A DNA stretch of 64,000 nt from an uncultured Chloroflexia bacterium (GCA_963770795.1 CAVYQR010000002.1:56943-120942), one strand, 5' to 3'; counted from the first letter of the stretch, positions 38,549 to 50,821 are shown. Notes: generated by a model from the letters alone, not told the origin. A program made the numbers and translations.

Positions 38549-40501
38549 ATGGTGTTGCCCGTCCCGAACCTCGACGACAGGCGCTTCCAGGATCTCGTCG
38601 ACGACGCCAAGCGCCTCATTGCGCGCCGCTCGCCGGAGTGGACTGACCACAACGTATCCGACCCGGGCGTGACGCTCATCGAGCTGTTCGCATGGATGAC
38701 GGACCAGCTCATCTACCGGCTCAACCGGGTCCCGGACCGGCAGTACGTCGCCTTCCTCGACCTCCTCGGGGTCAAGCTGTTTCCGCCCACCGCGGCGCGG
38801 ACGAGCGTCACCTTCTGGCTCTCCGCCCCCCAGGCGGATACGGTCAAGATTGCGCTGGGCACCCAGATCGCCACGGTCCGGACGGAGACCGAGGAAGCGA
38901 TCGTGTTCGAGACAGTCGACGAGCTGGCGATCGTTCGGGCGTCGCTGCTGAGAGTCGGCTCTCAGATCGACGGCCGCACGATGCGTGATCACGGCGAGGC
39001 ACTCCAGAAGCGAACTCGCTTCTACTGTTTCGACGAGGTGCCGAAGCCAGGCGATGCGCTCTACATCGGGCTCACAGAGGCAGTTCCGTCGTGCGCCGTC
39101 ACCCTGCGGTTCACCTGCGACATCGAGGGCGTCGGGGTGGATCCGGAGCGCCCACCCCTCGCGTGGGAGGCGTGGGATGGCGACGAATGGGTGGCATGCG
39201 AGTTGGAGCGTGACGAGACCGGCGGCATCAACAGGGACGGCGACGTCGTCATCCACGTGCCGGACAGCCACGTGGCGTCCGTGATCGACAAGCAGCGGGC
39301 AGGATGGCTGCGGGCTCGGGTCATCGAACCAGTGGCAGACCTGCCGCGCTACAGCGCGTCCCCCTCGATCGGCGGCCTCACCGCCTTCGCGATCGGCGGC
39401 AACGTCGACGCGGTGCATGCCGCGCTGATCGACGTTGACGACCTCGGCGTGAGCGAGGGGATCCCGGGACAGAGGTTCGAGCTCCGGAGGCGTCCGATCG
39501 TTCCAGGCGACGCAGACCCGGTGCTCGAAGTGGCCGATGAGGGCGAGGAATGGGTCGAGTGGACCCTCGTCGACGACTTCTCCATGTCCGGGGAGGAGGA
39601 CCTGCACTTCACCATCGACGCCGTCGCGGGACAGCTCGCCCTGGGTCCGGCCGTCCGCCTGGCCGATGGCGCGTTGGTGCGCTACGGGGCGACGCCGCAG
39701 AAGGGCGCCCGGCTTCGCCTACGCGGCTACCGGACGGGTGGCGGCGTGCGCGGGAACGTGGCCGGTCGCGCCATCTCCGTCCTTCGGTCGTCCATCCCGT
39801 ACGTGGCACGGGTCGAGAACCGGCGGCCGGCGGTGGGCGGCGTTGACGGAGAGGACCTGGAGAACGCCAAGGTCCGGGGACCGATGCTGCTCCGGACCCG
39901 CGGCCGAGCGGTGACGACCGATGACTTCGAGCACCTGGCACGGAGCGCGGCACCCGAGGTCGCCCGAGTGAAAGCGGTGACCGCGGGCGAAGGAAGCGAT
40001 CCGGGGTCGGTCCGGGTCCTGGTTGTGCCCGCCGCAGCGCCGAGTGGGGGCATGCGCCTGCAGTTCGCGCAGCTGGCTCCGTCGGAGGCAACGCTCCAGC
40101 GGATCACGGACCGCCTCGAGGAGACACGGGTGATCGGGACGCGGGTCGTCATCGAGCCCCCCGTCTACCGCGGCGTCACCGTCGTGGCGCGCGTACGGGC
40201 GCGGCCCCGCGCCAAGCCCACCCGCCTCCAGGCAGACGCGCTCGACACCCTGTACGCGTACCTGGACCCGATCAGCGGTGGACCGGACGGGACGGGGTGG
40301 CCGTTCGGACGCCCGGTCACCGCCGGTGAGCTGAACGCCGTGCTCCAGCGCCTGGGCGGCGCCGAGCTGGTCGAAGACCTCCGGATCTTCGGCGCGGACC
40401 CGGTCACCGGCCAGCGCGGCCAGCAGACCGCGCGCCTGGAGCTCGAACCCACCGCTCTGGTCTTCAGCTACGAGCACCAGGTCCTGGTGGAGGGATCCTG
40501 A
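38549..40501 (+). CDS. baseplate J / gp6-like protein (Afp11-like)
   Basis: N-terminus NLDDRRFQDLVDDAKRLIARRSPEWTDHNVSDPGVTLIELFAWMTDQLIYRLNRVPD matches the Baseplate_J family; 650 aa. Confidence 0.85.
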   Translation: MVLPVPNLDDRRFQDLVDDAKRLIARRSPEWTDHNVSDPGVTLIELFAWMTDQLIYRLNRVPDRQYVAFLDLLGVKLFPPTAARTSVTFWLSAPQADTVKIALGTQIATVRTETEEAIVFETVDELAIVRASLLRVGSQIDGRTMRDHGEALQKRTRFYCFDEVPKPGDALYIGLTEAVPSCAVTLRFTCDIEGVGVDPERPPLAWEAWDGDEWVACELERDETGGINRDGDVVIHVPDSHVASVIDKQRAGWLRARVIEPVADLPRYSASPSIGGLTAFAIGGNVDAVHAALIDVDDLGVSEGIPGQRFELRRRPIVPGDADPVLEVADEGEEWVEWTLVDDFSMSGEEDLHFTIDAVAGQLALGPAVRLADGALVRYGATPQKGARLRLRGYRTGGGVRGNVAGRAISVLRSSIPYVARVENRRPAVGGVDGEDLENAKVRGPMLLRTRGRAVTTDDFEHLARSAAPEVARVKAVTAGEGSDPGSVRVLVVPAAAPSGGMRLQFAQLAPSEATLQRITDRLEETRVIGTRVVIEPPVYRGVTVVARVRARPRAKPTRLQADALDTLYAYLDPISGGPDGTGWPFGRPVTAGELNAVLQRLGGAELVEDLRIFGADPVTGQRGQQTARLELEPTALVFSYEHQVLVEGS

Positions 40502-41124
40502 TGCGCGGCCTGGTTGCCGACCTGCCCAACCCGCACCCCCTCGGCCGCCGGCTCCCGGCTGTCTACCAGGAGGAGGATCCGTTCACGATGCGCCTCACCG
40601 AGGCGCTCGACGACGTTCTTGCTCCAATCCTGTGCACGCTCGACAACCTGCCGGCCTACTTCGATCCGCGCCTGACGCCCGACGACTTCCTGGGCTGGTT
40701 GGCCGGCTGGGTCGCGTTCGATCTCGATGAGACCTGGGACGCTTCACGGCGCCGGGCGGCCGTCGTTCAGGCCGTTGATCTCCTCCGTCGCCGGGGAACG
40801 GCCTCGGGGCTCGTGGACGAGATTCGGCTGGTGACGGGGGCAGAGGTTGAAGTCGTGGAGAATGGCGGGACCGCGTGGTCGCTCGACGCGATGAGCCCGA
40901 TAGTGGGCACGCCGGAGCCAACGCTGCTGGTCCGGATCACCGCCGCCGACCCGGCCTCGATCGACGCCGATCACGTTGACCGCGTGGTTGTGGCCGCCAA
41001 GCCTGCCCACGTCCCGCATCGGATCGAGATCGTCAGCGTGTCGCCTGGGCGCAAGTCAAAGCCCAAGGCGACTGAGGGCCAGCCCGCGGGTGGCGACGAG
41101 ATGCCCGCCGGCTCTGGTGGCTGA
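40501..41124 (+). CDS. phage tail protein I-like baseplate protein (P2 gpI / Afp12-like)
   Basis: LPAVYQEEDPFTMRL...LDNLPAYFDPRLTPDDFLGWLAGWVAF matches the P2 gpI family; translationally coupled to the upstream gene. Confidence 0.75.
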   Translation: MRGLVADLPNPHPLGRRLPAVYQEEDPFTMRLTEALDDVLAPILCTLDNLPAYFDPRLTPDDFLGWLAGWVAFDLDETWDASRRRAAVVQAVDLLRRRGTASGLVDEIRLVTGAEVEVVENGGTAWSLDAMSPIVGTPEPTLLVRITAADPASIDADHVDRVVVAAKPAHVPHRIEIVSVSPGRKSKPKATEGQPAGGDEMPAGSGG

Positions 41125-41253
41125 CCTGCTCTTGGGGTTGCTGTGCGCGGGTCAGCCTGACCACGCCCCGCGAGGGCCGCGACTGGAGCCACGAGATGGC
41201 CGGTCCCGCGGCTATGCTGCGGATGTCCACGTGGGCTTCGGGGAGCAGCTCGA

Positions 41254-43506
41254 GTGATTGTCTGCGGCAACTGCGGCGCAAAGAACCAGGAGTCGGACGC
41301 CTTCTGCGGGGAGTGCGGCAAGTTCCTCGAGTGGGTCGGCAAGCGCACGGACGAGGCCCCAGCCCTCCGGGAACCGGAGGTTGCCGCGGCGGCGGCAGAG
41401 GCGCAGCGCAGGCAGGACGAGGTTGCCGCGGCGGCAGCGGCGCAGGCGGCAGCGGCGGCAGAGGCGGCGGCAGAGGCGCAGCGCAGGCAGGACGAGGTTG
41501 CCGCGGCGGCGGCAGAGGCGCAGGCGGCGGCAGAGGCGGCGGCGGCAGAGGCGGCAGAGGCGGCGGCGGCAGAGGCGGCGGCGGCAGAGGCGGCGGCGGC
41601 AGAGGCGGCAGAGGCGGCAGAGGCGGCGGCGGCAGAGGCGGCGGCGGCAGAGGCGGCCGAGGCGGCCGAGGCGCAGCGCAGGCAGGACGAGGTTGCCGCG
41701 GCGGCAGCGGCGCAGCGCAGGCAGGACGAGGTTGCCGCGGCGGCGGCAGAGGCGCAGCGCAGGCAGGACGAGGTTGCCGCGGCGGCGGCAGAGGCGCAGC
41801 GCAGGCAGGACGAGGTTGCCGCGGCGGCGGCAGAGGCGCAGCGCAGGCAGGACGAGGTTGCCGCGGCGGCGGCAGAGGCGGCGGAGGCGCAGCGCAGGCA
41901 GGACGAGGTTGCCGCGGCGGCAGCGGCGCAGGCGGCGGAGGCGCAGCGCAGGCAGGACGAGGTTGCCGCGGCGGCGGCAGAGGCGCAGGCGGCGGAGGCG
42001 CAGCGCAGGCAGGACGAGGTTGCCGCGGCGGCGGCAGAGGCGCAGGCGGCGGCAGAGGCGGCGGCGGCAGAGGCGGCAGAGGCGGCGGCGGCAGAGGCGG
42101 CCGAGGCGGCGGCGGCCGCGGCGGCCGAGGCGCAGCGCAGGCAGGACGAGGTTGCCGCGGCGGCAGCGGCGCAGCGCAGGCAGGACGAGGTTGCCGCGGC
42201 GGCAGCGGCGCAGCGCAGGCAGGACGAGGTTGCCGCGGCGGCAGCGGCGCAGCGCAGGCAGGACGAGGTTGCCGCGGCGGCAGCGGCGGCAGAGGCGGCG
42301 GCGGCTGAGGCGGCCGAGGCGCAGCGCAACGTTCCTCGTGCCCGCCGCGGCGGACCGTCGAGGCCGGCGGCGATCACGATCGCCGCCGCGCCCGCGTCAG
42401 ACGCGACGACGGCCGATGACCAGGAGGCCCCGGCGATCACGCCCTCGATACCACGCCCCGATGACGACGGACCATCGGCTGGTGGGCCTGCCGCCCAGCC
42501 AGAAGCTATCCAGCCGGTCGGGCATCCGCCGGGCGAACCACCCGTCGACGCGCTGCCAGCCGTCCGGCCGACGGCTGTCGCGCCCCGGGCGGCAGCATCA
42601 GGCTCCACCCAGCCACCGGCCCGTACCCCCGTTGCAGAGCCCGACCAGCCTGTCGCACGCCAGCCCACTGCAGATCGGCCGACCGAGGCCAGGCCACGGG
42701 CCGCGGCCACCCCCGAGCGCCGTGTCCCTCGGCCGGGTGATCGGCTCTGCGTGGCTTGCGGCGAGGCAAACGACCCGGCGCGCAAGTTCTGCAGGCGGTG
42801 CGGCGCCGACCTCCTTGAGGCCCGGGTCGTCGCGGCGGCACCACTACCTTGGTGGAAGCGGTTGTTCCGGCGGAAGCCCAAGCAGTACGCAGCCGGCGAA
42901 CGGACGAGAACCATGCAGCCCGGCAAGACCGGGCGAAGGAGCACGGGCATGGGCCGAATCCGGCTGAGGCAGGTGGTCGAGTGGGTCCTGGGTCTCCTCG
43001 TCCTCCTTGGCATCATCGGGTACCTCGCCGTGCCCGGCATGCAGCAGATCATCAACCGGGCCGTGTCAAGCGGGGTCGATTCGATCCAGCGCACGGTGAA
43101 CCCGCGCCTGGAGCCCGTCCGACCGGCCCGGGCCGTGGCGTCGGACGAGATCGAAGACCACCCGGGCGCGAACCTGTTCGACAAGTACGCGAACACGGAC
43201 TGGCGTGCCTCCTCCGCGCAACCCGCCGTTACCGCGACATTCGACGAGACCTTTGATCTCGGCGCGCTGATCGTCTACTCGGGAGCCGCCGAGAACTTCA
43301 CCGAGACCAGGCGACCCGCGAAGATCCAGCTCACATTCCCCGACGGTTCGTCGACTGTGCTTGACCTCAAGGACGACAACGCCAAACAGACGATTACGGT
43401 CGAGAAGTCGGGAATCGACGAGTTCGAGCTGACGATCGTCGAGACCTACGGCCCGGCGGACCGCCCCGTCACGATTTCCGAGATAGAGGTCTTTGCGCGT
43501 CGATAG
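41254..43506 (+). CDS. CisA-like bitopic membrane protein: double zinc-ribbon, Ala/Glu/Gln repeat, TM, discoidin-like C-terminal domain
   Basis: CGNCG...FCGECGKFLEW and CVACG...FCRRCG ribbons; TM (VVEWVLGLLVLLGIIGYLAV); C-terminal domain homologous to 13978..15135; occupies the position where Afp-type loci encode the tail fibre. Confidence 0.7.
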   Translation: MIVCGNCGAKNQESDAFCGECGKFLEWVGKRTDEAPALREPEVAAAAAEAQRRQDEVAAAAAAQAAAAAEAAAEAQRRQDEVAAAAAEAQAAAEAAAAEAAEAAAAEAAAAEAAAAEAAEAAEAAAAEAAAAEAAEAAEAQRRQDEVAAAAAAQRRQDEVAAAAAEAQRRQDEVAAAAAEAQRRQDEVAAAAAEAQRRQDEVAAAAAEAAEAQRRQDEVAAAAAAQAAEAQRRQDEVAAAAAEAQAAEAQRRQDEVAAAAAEAQAAAEAAAAEAAEAAAAEAAEAAAAAAAEAQRRQDEVAAAAAAQRRQDEVAAAAAAQRRQDEVAAAAAAQRRQDEVAAAAAAAEAAAAEAAEAQRNVPRARRGGPSRPAAITIAAAPASDATTADDQEAPAITPSIPRPDDDGPSAGGPAAQPEAIQPVGHPPGEPPVDALPAVRPTAVAPRAAASGSTQPPARTPVAEPDQPVARQPTADRPTEARPRAAATPERRVPRPGDRLCVACGEANDPARKFCRRCGADLLEARVVAAAPLPWWKRLFRRKPKQYAAGERTRTMQPGKTGRRSTGMGRIRLRQVVEWVLGLLVLLGIIGYLAVPGMQQIINRAVSSGVDSIQRTVNPRLEPVRPARAVASDEIEDHPGANLFDKYANTDWRASSAQPAVTATFDETFDLGALIVYSGAAENFTETRRPAKIQLTFPDGSSTVLDLKDDNAKQTITVEKSGIDEFELTIVETYGPADRPVTISEIEVFARR
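41401..42330 (+). repeat. about 930 bp of 42-bp tandem repeats encoding EAQRRQDEVAAAAA and EAAAA variants
   Basis: gcgcagcgcaggcaggacgaggttgccgcggcggcggcagag repeated more than 15 times with Ala-run spacers. Confidence 0.9.
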
Positions 43507-43549
43507 CGGTTCGACGGCGTTCGACGCGTCCCTGGCATCGACACAGTGC

Positions 43550-46500
43550 TCAGGTTGCCACGGGCGGCGCAGGTGGCACGGACACGCCAAGGCCCGCGAG
43601 CACGGCAGCGTATTCGCGACGGTCACGGCTCGCTGCCCCGGTATCGCCTGCACGTTCTCGCGCGACGATCAGGAGCCTCCACAGCGGGTCGTGGAACCGA
43701 TCCAGCGCCAAGCCGGCGTGGCACGCATGCACGGCCCCGGCCAGATCCCCGACAGCCAGCAAGCCCGCCGCGAGCGCCACCGACGCTTCGATGGCCCCGA
43801 AGCGCACCTGCTCCCGGCGCCCGACCACCCATTCGGCCGGGCCGTCCTCGGGCAGCACGTCTCCCGGATACAACGCGAGCGCCGCCCTGAATGCCTCGAT
43901 CGCGGGCGCTCTCCGCTCCTCCAGCGACCGCGCCTCCGCCAGCGCCTGTTCGAACCGACGCACGTCCACGGCACCCGAAGGCACCACGAGCCGGTAGACC
44001 TCGCCCTGTCGCTCGATCACGCTGGTTGCATCGAGAGGGGCGACCGCGGCGAGTTGACCGCGCAGCGCGGAGATCGCGACCTGCAGGCTGCGTGCGCCCG
44101 TCGGGCCGTCGGCCTCCGGCCAGAGAGCCTCCTGCAGAACCTCGCGATGGACTGGGTCCGGCGCGTGCAGCGCCAGCAGGCGAAGCAGCGCCCGCGCGCG
44201 CGGCTTGACGCCTGTCAGGTCCAGGGGTTGCCCATCCACCGACGCCCGAAAACCTCCCAGAACGCCCACCTCGAGGCCCGTCCACCGACCGTTGGACGTG
44301 CCCGCCGGCGAGGCGGGCGACGCGACGATCGCGGCGCGCGCGGCGGGCAGCGCGAGACCTGTCTCCTCCCCCATGCCATCGGCCAGGATCGCGTACTCTG
44401 CCGCCCGATCGGGGTCCGCGAGCTCCAGCGCGCGGTAGGCGAGATGCCGCGCACCCGCCACACCGGTGAGGCGCCCGAACGCCTCGGCAGCCAAGGCTGC
44501 GTCACGTGAGCCTTCGAGACCGCTCTCAGCCTGGACGAGGGCGCCGAGCGCCCGTGCCCAGGCCTCCAGGGCGCCCGCGCCGACACTCCGGAACTGCGTG
44601 GCGGCGGTCGCTGCGTCCGTCAGCGGGCGCACCGGGTCCTCGATACCAGCCCCGGGCCGGCCTGCCGTCCTGACCCACGCGCGCACAAGGGCACCTAGCC
44701 CGACAGTCCACGGGTCGCCGTCGCACACGCCCACCGGCCCGGGCTCGCTCCCCTCCTGGTCGTCTGTCGGTACACCTGGGTCGGTCAGTTGCTGGGCGAC
44801 GCCCCGCCCGAGGTCCATCAGCCACGGCACTCCGGCGCGCTCGGCGTCCTCGATTGCTGCCGCAAGGCTCTCGGACACCTCAGGGTCGGCACGAAGCAGA
44901 TCCGCAATCGCGGCCCCGAGGCGTGCAGCTGCAGCAAGCGAGGGCTCGAGCCGTCCCTCGTGTGCAACCTGCCGGAGCGCGCGCGACGCCTCCCGGACCG
45001 AGCCCGAGGCGAGGAGCAGCAGGCCACGCACGAGCAGACCGACTGCGTCATCGAGCCCGGTAGCTTCGCGGGCCGCGGCCCGAGGGTCGCGTGCGAGGCC
45101 CGTCCTGAGGGGACCGGTCCAGTGCGCCGGCAGAATCGCCGCTGGATCTATCCAGGCGGAGAGGATCGCACGCTCACGGCGGCAGGCAGCGGACGACTCG
45201 GTTCCGCCAAGACCGGCGGCCGCGTTCGAATAGGACTCGATAGCCGCGGCCCACCTCCCCTCCGCCCTCGCACGGCGTGCCGTCGCGAGGGCAAGCCACG
45301 GGTCGTGCCGCACGAGTGCCGGTGGCAGTGCCTCAAGCCATGCCGTCCCGCCGTTCGCGAGGCGTTCCCCGCCGCCCGCGAGGAGCCGGTCGACCGCTAC
45401 CCAGTCCTCAGCTCGACACCACGCGATCAGCGCCTCCGCCAGCGCCCCGTCCGCCTCAAGCAGTGCGGCAGCTCGTGCGTAGCGCCGTCGAGCCTCGACC
45501 TCGCCAACCTGCACCACCAGGATCCGGTCCAGGTTTGACCTCAAGACCTCGTGGTACCGGTACACGTCGTCCTCATCCTCGTCCTCGACCGGCATGGTGA
45601 AGACGCTGCGGCGCGCCAGCTCGTCGAGCAGAAGGGAGCTCCCGGTCGTCCCGCGCAACCGGTCGCAAAGGCTGCCGGACAGGCGGCCCAGCACACACGT
45701 CTCCAGCAGGAACTCGCGAAGAGGATCGGGTAGCTCGGCCAGCACGTTCTGGGCCAGGTACTCCCGCAGCATTCGCCCGCGGACGTCGCCCGCGGTCAGG
45801 ACCCGCCTGCGCTCTTCGACCGACCGTCCGCGCGTCGCGAGGTGGAACAACTGGAGGCCGGCCGCCCAGCCCTCCATCCGCCTCGCCAGCGCCGCCAGGT
45901 CGGCGGGAGGCACGGGGTCGTGGTACACGTTGCGGAAGAGCTGCTCGACCTCCCACGATCGGAAGCGGAGATCGTCCTGCCCGAGCTCCAGGAGATCACC
46001 CGAGACACGGAGGCGCGGAAGGTTGATGGACGGCGGCACCCTGGAAGCAACGATCACCGCCAACCACGCGGGCGCGTAGTCGACCAGCCGCCCAAGCGCG
46101 ACCTCCGCCGGCGTCCCCTCAAGCGCGTGACCGTCATCGATCACGAGGAGGGCGGCCTCTCCGGGATGGCTCTCCAGGGCCCTGGCAACGTCGTCGATGC
46201 TCGACCAGCCGCCCGGAATGCCCGGCAACGTGGACCGGAGCGCCGCCTCGAGGTGGCGCACGAACGAATCCTCGTCTGCGTCCCAGGTCTCTGCCCGATA
46301 CCAGGCCACGGGGGCGCCACAGGTTGCGGCGAACCGCGCGACGAGCGTTGTCTTGCCAGAGCCGGCGGGTGCCACCACGAGCGTGAGGCGCTTGCCAAAG
46401 GCCTCGGCCAGGCGGGCCTCCAGGCGCTCGCGGGGCAGCGCGTCCGGGACGGGGGCGCGGACCTTCGCGGGCACCACGAGGGGCACCCGCGGCCCTACCT

Positions 46501-46684
46501 CGGACGCACCGGCCCCTGCCGATCCCCGCTTGGAGCGCTCTCGCCCGTCGCGCAATAGAGGTCTCCCTCGCCGCTCATCGCTCTCCGACGCCGGTGGGAT
46601 CCGTATCGTCCCACCATTGACGGTCGCGGTCCAGCGTCGGTCTCGGGCGCGGACGGCATTCTTCGGACCGCAGCGGCGAGGCAA
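43550..46684 (-). CDS. large ATPase-wHTH-BTAD transcriptional regulator (MalT/SARP-like hybrid)
   Basis: N-terminal P-loop (VVAPAGSGKTTL); C-terminal OmpR-type winged helix (GFRASVDGQPLDL...VYRLVV) and a BTAD region (...DPLWRLLIVARERAGDTGAASRDRREYAAVLA); precise start uncertain. Confidence 0.7.
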   Translation of the reverse strand: MPRRCGPKNAVRARDRRWTATVNGGTIRIPPASESDERRGRPLLRDGRERSKRGSAGAGASEVGPRVPLVVPAKVRAPVPDALPRERLEARLAEAFGKRLTLVVAPAGSGKTTLVARFAATCGAPVAWYRAETWDADEDSFVRHLEAALRSTLPGIPGGWSSIDDVARALESHPGEAALLVIDDGHALEGTPAEVALGRLVDYAPAWLAVIVASRVPPSINLPRLRVSGDLLELGQDDLRFRSWEVEQLFRNVYHDPVPPADLAALARRMEGWAAGLQLFHLATRGRSVEERRRVLTAGDVRGRMLREYLAQNVLAELPDPLREFLLETCVLGRLSGSLCDRLRGTTGSSLLLDELARRSVFTMPVEDEDEDDVYRYHEVLRSNLDRILVVQVGEVEARRRYARAAALLEADGALAEALIAWCRAEDWVAVDRLLAGGGERLANGGTAWLEALPPALVRHDPWLALATARRARAEGRWAAAIESYSNAAAGLGGTESSAACRRERAILSAWIDPAAILPAHWTGPLRTGLARDPRAAAREATGLDDAVGLLVRGLLLLASGSVREASRALRQVAHEGRLEPSLAAAARLGAAIADLLRADPEVSESLAAAIEDAERAGVPWLMDLGRGVAQQLTDPGVPTDDQEGSEPGPVGVCDGDPWTVGLGALVRAWVRTAGRPGAGIEDPVRPLTDAATAATQFRSVGAGALEAWARALGALVQAESGLEGSRDAALAAEAFGRLTGVAGARHLAYRALELADPDRAAEYAILADGMGEETGLALPAARAAIVASPASPAGTSNGRWTGLEVGVLGGFRASVDGQPLDLTGVKPRARALLRLLALHAPDPVHREVLQEALWPEADGPTGARSLQVAISALRGQLAAVAPLDATSVIERQGEVYRLVVPSGAVDVRRFEQALAEARSLEERRAPAIEAFRAALALYPGDVLPEDGPAEWVVGRREQVRFGAIEASVALAAGLLAVGDLAGAVHACHAGLALDRFHDPLWRLLIVARERAGDTGAASRDRREYAAVLAGLGVSVPPAPPVAT

Positions 46685-46815
46685 TGGTCCCGGCCCGGAG
46701 CGGGAATGACAAAGGACCGGTCAGGCGTCCGGAACGGCAGAACGGCCCCCTCTGGTGAGGAAGCCGTTCTGGGCCAGGTGCGTGGGAGGCCGGGCGCGGG
46801 ACGCCCGGCAGCGGG

Positions 46816-49629
<2,814 letters not shown>

Positions 49630-49914
49630 CGTGGTGGGGCTCCTTGGCTGGCGGACCCATGTGCGCCGTGGCGGCGCGGCCCGCTGATTGACCTCTGAGG
49701 GATCCAATGAATTGTACGCCGAGCGCCGGGATGGGCCGGGTTGCACAGGGGTTGCGTTCGCATGGGCCTCTGTGCTCATGCGAACGGGCCGTTCGGTTCA
49801 CCGCCGGGGGCCGAGCGGGGCTGGTCGGGTCCGGGGCTCCCTCCCGGTGCACGGCTCGAGGTCGCGATCCCGGTGGGGCCGGGATCGCGGGGGCGGCACG
49901 GCGGTACACTTTCG

Positions 49915-50781
49915 ATGGCCGTCAACCGGAAGACCGCGGCCGTCCGCGACCCTCATGCAGGAGCCGATCCCGTGAGCCAGCCCGACCAGGACACCCGCGT
50001 CATCGAGCAGGACGCCGAGACGTACAACGCGACGCTCCTCACCCGCGAGGACATCGGTCCCGACCTCGGCTACTTCCGGGTCAAGCTGGACGGCCCGCCC
50101 GTGCCCTTCGAGCCGGGCCAGTACATGACGATCGGCGTCGTTGCCGACGGCAAGATGCTGCAGCGGCCGTACTCGGTCGCGTCGGCACCGGCGGTCTCGG
50201 GGACTGACGGCTACGAGTTCTTCGTCCGCCACGTGCCCATCGTCCGTTTCACGACCGCCCTGTGGCGGCTCCCCGTCGGCCAGCGGATGCGCATGATCGG
50301 CCCCAAGGGCAAGTTCATGCTCGAACCGGACGACAGCCGGACCCACCTGTACGTGTCCACCGGCACCGGCATCGCCCCGTTCATCTCCATGGTCCGCGAG
50401 ACCATGGCCCACGGGAAGCCGCGCAAGACGGTGATGCTCAACGGGGTCTCGTTCTCGGACGAGCTGGGCTACCGCCGGGAGCTGGAGGCGTGGGAGCAGG
50501 ATCCCGCGTACCGGCTCACGTACGTGCCCACGGTCTCACGACCCAACGACCCGCGGAATGCGGGCTGGGCTGGCAGGGTCGGGCGGGCCGAGCAGGTCAT
50601 CACGGACACGTGCAAGGACCTTGGGCTCAAGCCCGACCGGACCGTGGTCTACATCTGCGGCAACCCGGAGATGATCCTCAACGTGGAGCGGGTCCTGATG
50701 GACCGCGGATTCCCGGAGTTCCACGTGAAGAAGGAGCTCTACTGGCCGAAGGGGAAGGCACCGGCGCCCGCCGCCGGCTGA
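49915..50781 (+). CDS. ferredoxin-NADP+ reductase-like flavoenzyme
   Basis: FAD-binding RPYSVAS; NAD(P)-binding GTGIAPFISM and ICGNPEM motifs; start at ATG 49915. Confidence 0.8.
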   Translation: MAVNRKTAAVRDPHAGADPVSQPDQDTRVIEQDAETYNATLLTREDIGPDLGYFRVKLDGPPVPFEPGQYMTIGVVADGKMLQRPYSVASAPAVSGTDGYEFFVRHVPIVRFTTALWRLPVGQRMRMIGPKGKFMLEPDDSRTHLYVSTGTGIAPFISMVRETMAHGKPRKTVMLNGVSFSDELGYRRELEAWEQDPAYRLTYVPTVSRPNDPRNAGWAGRVGRAEQVITDTCKDLGLKPDRTVVYICGNPEMILNVERVLMDRGFPEFHVKKELYWPKGKAPAPAAG

Positions 50782-50821
50782 TCCCGGCGGACCGCAGCGA
50801 TTCCGGCGAGGCGCCCTCGCC

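Larger units (their letters stand above)
19366..43506. other. contractile injection system (eCIS / cytoplasmic CIS-like) locus: structural operon plus divergent cap/ATPase/cargo operon
   Basis: Complete P2-like tail module without capsid, terminase, integrase, lysis or fibre genes. Confidence 0.8.

Noticed and set aside
41196-42967. Gly/Arg-rich and Arg/Gln-rich 370-570-aa ORFs in alternative frames over the 42-bp repeat array; possible CRISPR-like array
   Set aside because: Alternative-frame readings of the tandem repeat. Not CRISPR: the units are contiguous with no unique spacers, and lie in frame within a gene that has flanking zinc-ribbon, TM and C-terminal domains.
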